A stretch of DNA of 64,000 nucleotides, from NCBI GenBank assembly GCA_046563655.1, contig CM102285.1:9486001-9550000 (forward strand). The letters are read 5' to 3'. How positions within the stretch are numbered: the stretch's first letter is position 1; every line of letters starts with the position of its first letter. A program made the position numbers and the translations under genes. The notes under the pieces were generated by a model, which did not search any database, was not told where the DNA came from, and saw only the letters and a program-made list of their open reading frames with translations. Origin of the DNA: Yuukianura sp. NJ FZ-2021 (Eukaryota). Positions 61,102 to 64,000 of this stretch are shown piece after piece.

Positions 61102-63269
61102 TCATCCTTGGCACCATACTGAGTTTGGAGAGTTTTTCAAAATCCAGTCCCCGTAGTTTTGAACTTTAGTGTAAACACCGGGAGAATCTTTGAGAACGAT
61201 ACAATTTTATTGGCGTTAGCATACATAAGTTGCGTAATCGAAATTTGAGCTTTAGGGTGAACTTACTTGGTTGAGCGCATCTGATAGATTAATTCAGTAA
61301 ATTTTTAGTTCTTGTTGTAATTTCAATTTGATTTTTAAAAAAAATTGTGTTTTACCCGTATCCCCAGCTCACTATTCCTAAAATATCGAAATAGACAGAG
61401 AGTGTATATCAATTCAATCAGAAATGAGGCAAAAATGAGAAAAAACTAATGTAATGTTAAGAGTTCTTACCAATCAAGGTTCTTCTTCCACTGTTTTCAA
61501 TGATCATAGGACCTGTTTATTAAAAAGTCACACTTTAGAGTTCAAAATCAAGCTTGCAACAGAGACCTCAAGGCTTTAGAATTTTTTAGGTCAACCAGAT
61601 TCCTTGCGTGAAAAAAATCGGAAGTTGGCTGGGATGGTCCGAACCATTTTTTTTTCACAAGAATTTGTAGCGTCAAACGAAAATGTACTTACCTCCAGAA
61701 TCTCCCTGGATTACATCAAAAGAAAAAAAAAAACAATTGCTATTTGCTTTCTTTTTTCCTCGTTTATGTGCTTAACAAATAAGTGCTTACCTGACAAGAA
61801 TCTTGACCTGGATAAAATAAAATAAAAATTAATAAAAAGTTTTTCTTAAAATAATGTATAGGCTTACCGCCACTTAATAAATTTCCAGCGCACATCTAGA
61901 GCATTCCATATTTAAATGCATTAGAAAAATCAATCGGTTTGTAAACTAATTAAGTAATTATTCCCAATTCATAGTGATTCATCAATTGCGCACCATATTT
62001 TGTGTAATTCTTCCCGCGTATTTGCTTCCATTGCACTCGTCAAAACTGAGAATAGGAATGGTGACCTTCCGAAGTACGTCAGATATGGAACCGCCTTGAG
62101 ACGTCGCTGGAATCACAATTTTGGTTGCAATTGGAATAAATTTTTAGAGTGACGATTGAATCTCGAACGAACATAAATCTTACCTCCAAACCCTACCACG
62201 GTGGCATACGTTCCTGTAAAATCAAGGTACCTGGAAGCCACTACACAAGCGGGAACAATCGGACTGGTGCGCTCTAAGTCCACTGGAGGAGAAATTCGCA
62301 AAATTGCAATGTCGTTGTCCACTGTCTTCCGGTCATATCCAGGATGCATTTGAATGTTAGTGACAATGTGCCGAGAACCTCCGCCACTTACTGTTTGCTG
62401 ATTCAGAATTACGTTGATACCCGAAGCAGACATTCCATCGACACAATGACTTTTGCAAGAAATGAAACAACATAAAGCATAATTTTAAAAGAAGTAGTAA
62501 TAGTTGATTCCGAAAACCTGGCTGTTAGAACGATTCTGTCTGCAATCAACGTTCCACCGCAGTAAGGACGGCTGCCTCCTCGTGTCAACGCTGCTGTCCA
62601 CGGATAATCCGAAATCCGGGCAACATCTCCTCCCACAATACGACTCGTTGGTCGTCCGCATTCTTTTCATATTGAAAAATTGTGAATAGAAAATAACAAC
62701 AAGGTTGTAAAAAAAATTGAGAGAGAAGTTCTCGCACCACACGCGGCTCTGTAAGGCGACGGCACATCACTGCTCACATTTGCATCCAGAATGTCGATCA
62801 TAGTTTGCATTAAATCTGGAAACTTTTCGTAAGAAATGGAAGTTGGATCCGATTCAGAATGGTTAGTGACTACAACAATTGTATCGTCTGTGGGAGACTG
62901 TGTTGGTGGAGTTTCGTCAAGGCCTTCTGGAAATACTGTCACTGGGCCATCAAATTCTGAAGTGTAAGCATTCGAAACTTAGTGATTCAATTTTAAAACC
63001 CAAGAAAAGTTGGAATATATTTCGCAAGAGTCTTTTACCGTTAATATTTGTGTCTTCCGACTCAGAGGAAGCTTTGGCGTAGTTTGCCTTTAGTGAAAAG
63101 AATTCACACCAATTGGATTATGCAATATTCCATAATTATTTCATCTATTTTTGTCAAATTATTTATTTAGTTATAAAACACTATTCGTTTTCAACATAAT
63201 CGTTTACTAGGAATGATTTCTTACCTTAAATGATAGCAAACTGAAGAGAAAAATCTCCAATGTTTTCAT
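61102..63269 (-). CDS. Trypsin-like serine protease (S1A) with intact triad; C-terminal part encoded by microexons
   Basis: ATG 63269, SRIVGG, YPWTAAL, YCGGTLIADRIVLTA|SHC, DNDIAILRI. Microexons give MCAGNLLSG|GQDSCQ|GDSG|GPMII..LI|GIVSWGYG|CAQP|NSPGVYTKV..WI. TGA 61102-61104. Confidence 0.88.
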
Positions 63270-63751
63270 CTTTGATTTTCAGAGGTTCTTGTTTTGAAAA
63301 AAAAAATGCAGAACTGGAAATGCACCCTAACTTCAAAAAAATTTACCAAATGTAAATCATACAACTAAATGACGCGCAAAAGTTTTTGGAGAAGTGGAAA
63401 CAGAAGAGGTCATTACTCCCACTTAAATCTTAGCGTGAAGATAAGCACCTTTGGTGTCTTTACTATTTCCGTAATTGTTTTTACGATGTTGTAAGAATTC
63501 TAATGATCTCTAGGGTTCTCTGAATTTTGAATGCAAGATGTGTCAGAAGAACAAGCCAAAGTGAATTCCGTTCAAGAGCATGGAAAATTCGAAAATTGCT
63601 TTGTGGAAATCCATATTTACACAATCCCAAGAAGTAATTTATTACAAACCAAATGCAAAGAATATTGTTAGCAGAAGTGGAAAAGTTTTAGCGATTACTG
63701 AAGAAATAAGTTATTAAAAATAGTGGAATTTCTCCTCAGAACACATTAGAG

Positions 63752-64000
63752 TTACTCGGAGCACCAGTTGGCATCACTCGTACGTGCCAAAATCCACTCA
63801 GGATATTCTGAAATTAAAAAAATTTAGACACCTTAGCAGTACTTTTCGTGTTTGTGTCGGATTCAAAAACTAGATTTTTAGAAACATAATCTAACGTAAT
63901 ATGTATTGTAACATTCTCTTACTTGCAACTCGTGTGTAGACACCGGGAGCTTGAGCCTTAGCACACCTACGGCAAACCGAGTTAAGCGCGGTTAGTTGAA
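63752..64000 (-). CDS. 3' end of another trypsin-family gene (partial; continues past the window)
   Basis: Exons CAKAQAPGVYTRVA and KYPEWILARTSDANWCSE*, TAA 63752-63754. Confidence 0.8.

Overview
This is AT-rich eukaryotic DNA with short GT-AG introns from a compact animal genome, most likely an arthropod (inferred from gene content; taxon not determined). Gene models were spliced by eye. In order: three tandem M19 membrane dipeptidases (the third lacks metal ligands); a 9-Kazal-domain secreted protein; an intron-containing, bacterial-type RelA/SpoT (p)ppGpp-synthetase-only gene; a full-length (~1,300 aa, 14 exons) but strongly divergent RNA polymerase II second-largest-subunit (RPB2) paralog; a tandem duplication carrying a catalytically dead serine-protease homolog with Tyr/Pro/Lys/Glu repeats inside its protease domain; FBXO30/40-like, an unknown secreted protein, a C-type lectin, ABHD3-like, UBE2C and a GNAT; then a minus-strand trypsin-family cluster. 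One protease has a 6.9-kb intron holding two head-to-tail Helentron/DINE-1-like elements, a TIR-flanked segment with an orphan histone stem-loop, and an antisense nested ORF. Another encodes its catalytic end on six microexons. The strongest candidates for new biology are the domesticated alarmone synthetase and the adjacent non-canonical RPB2.
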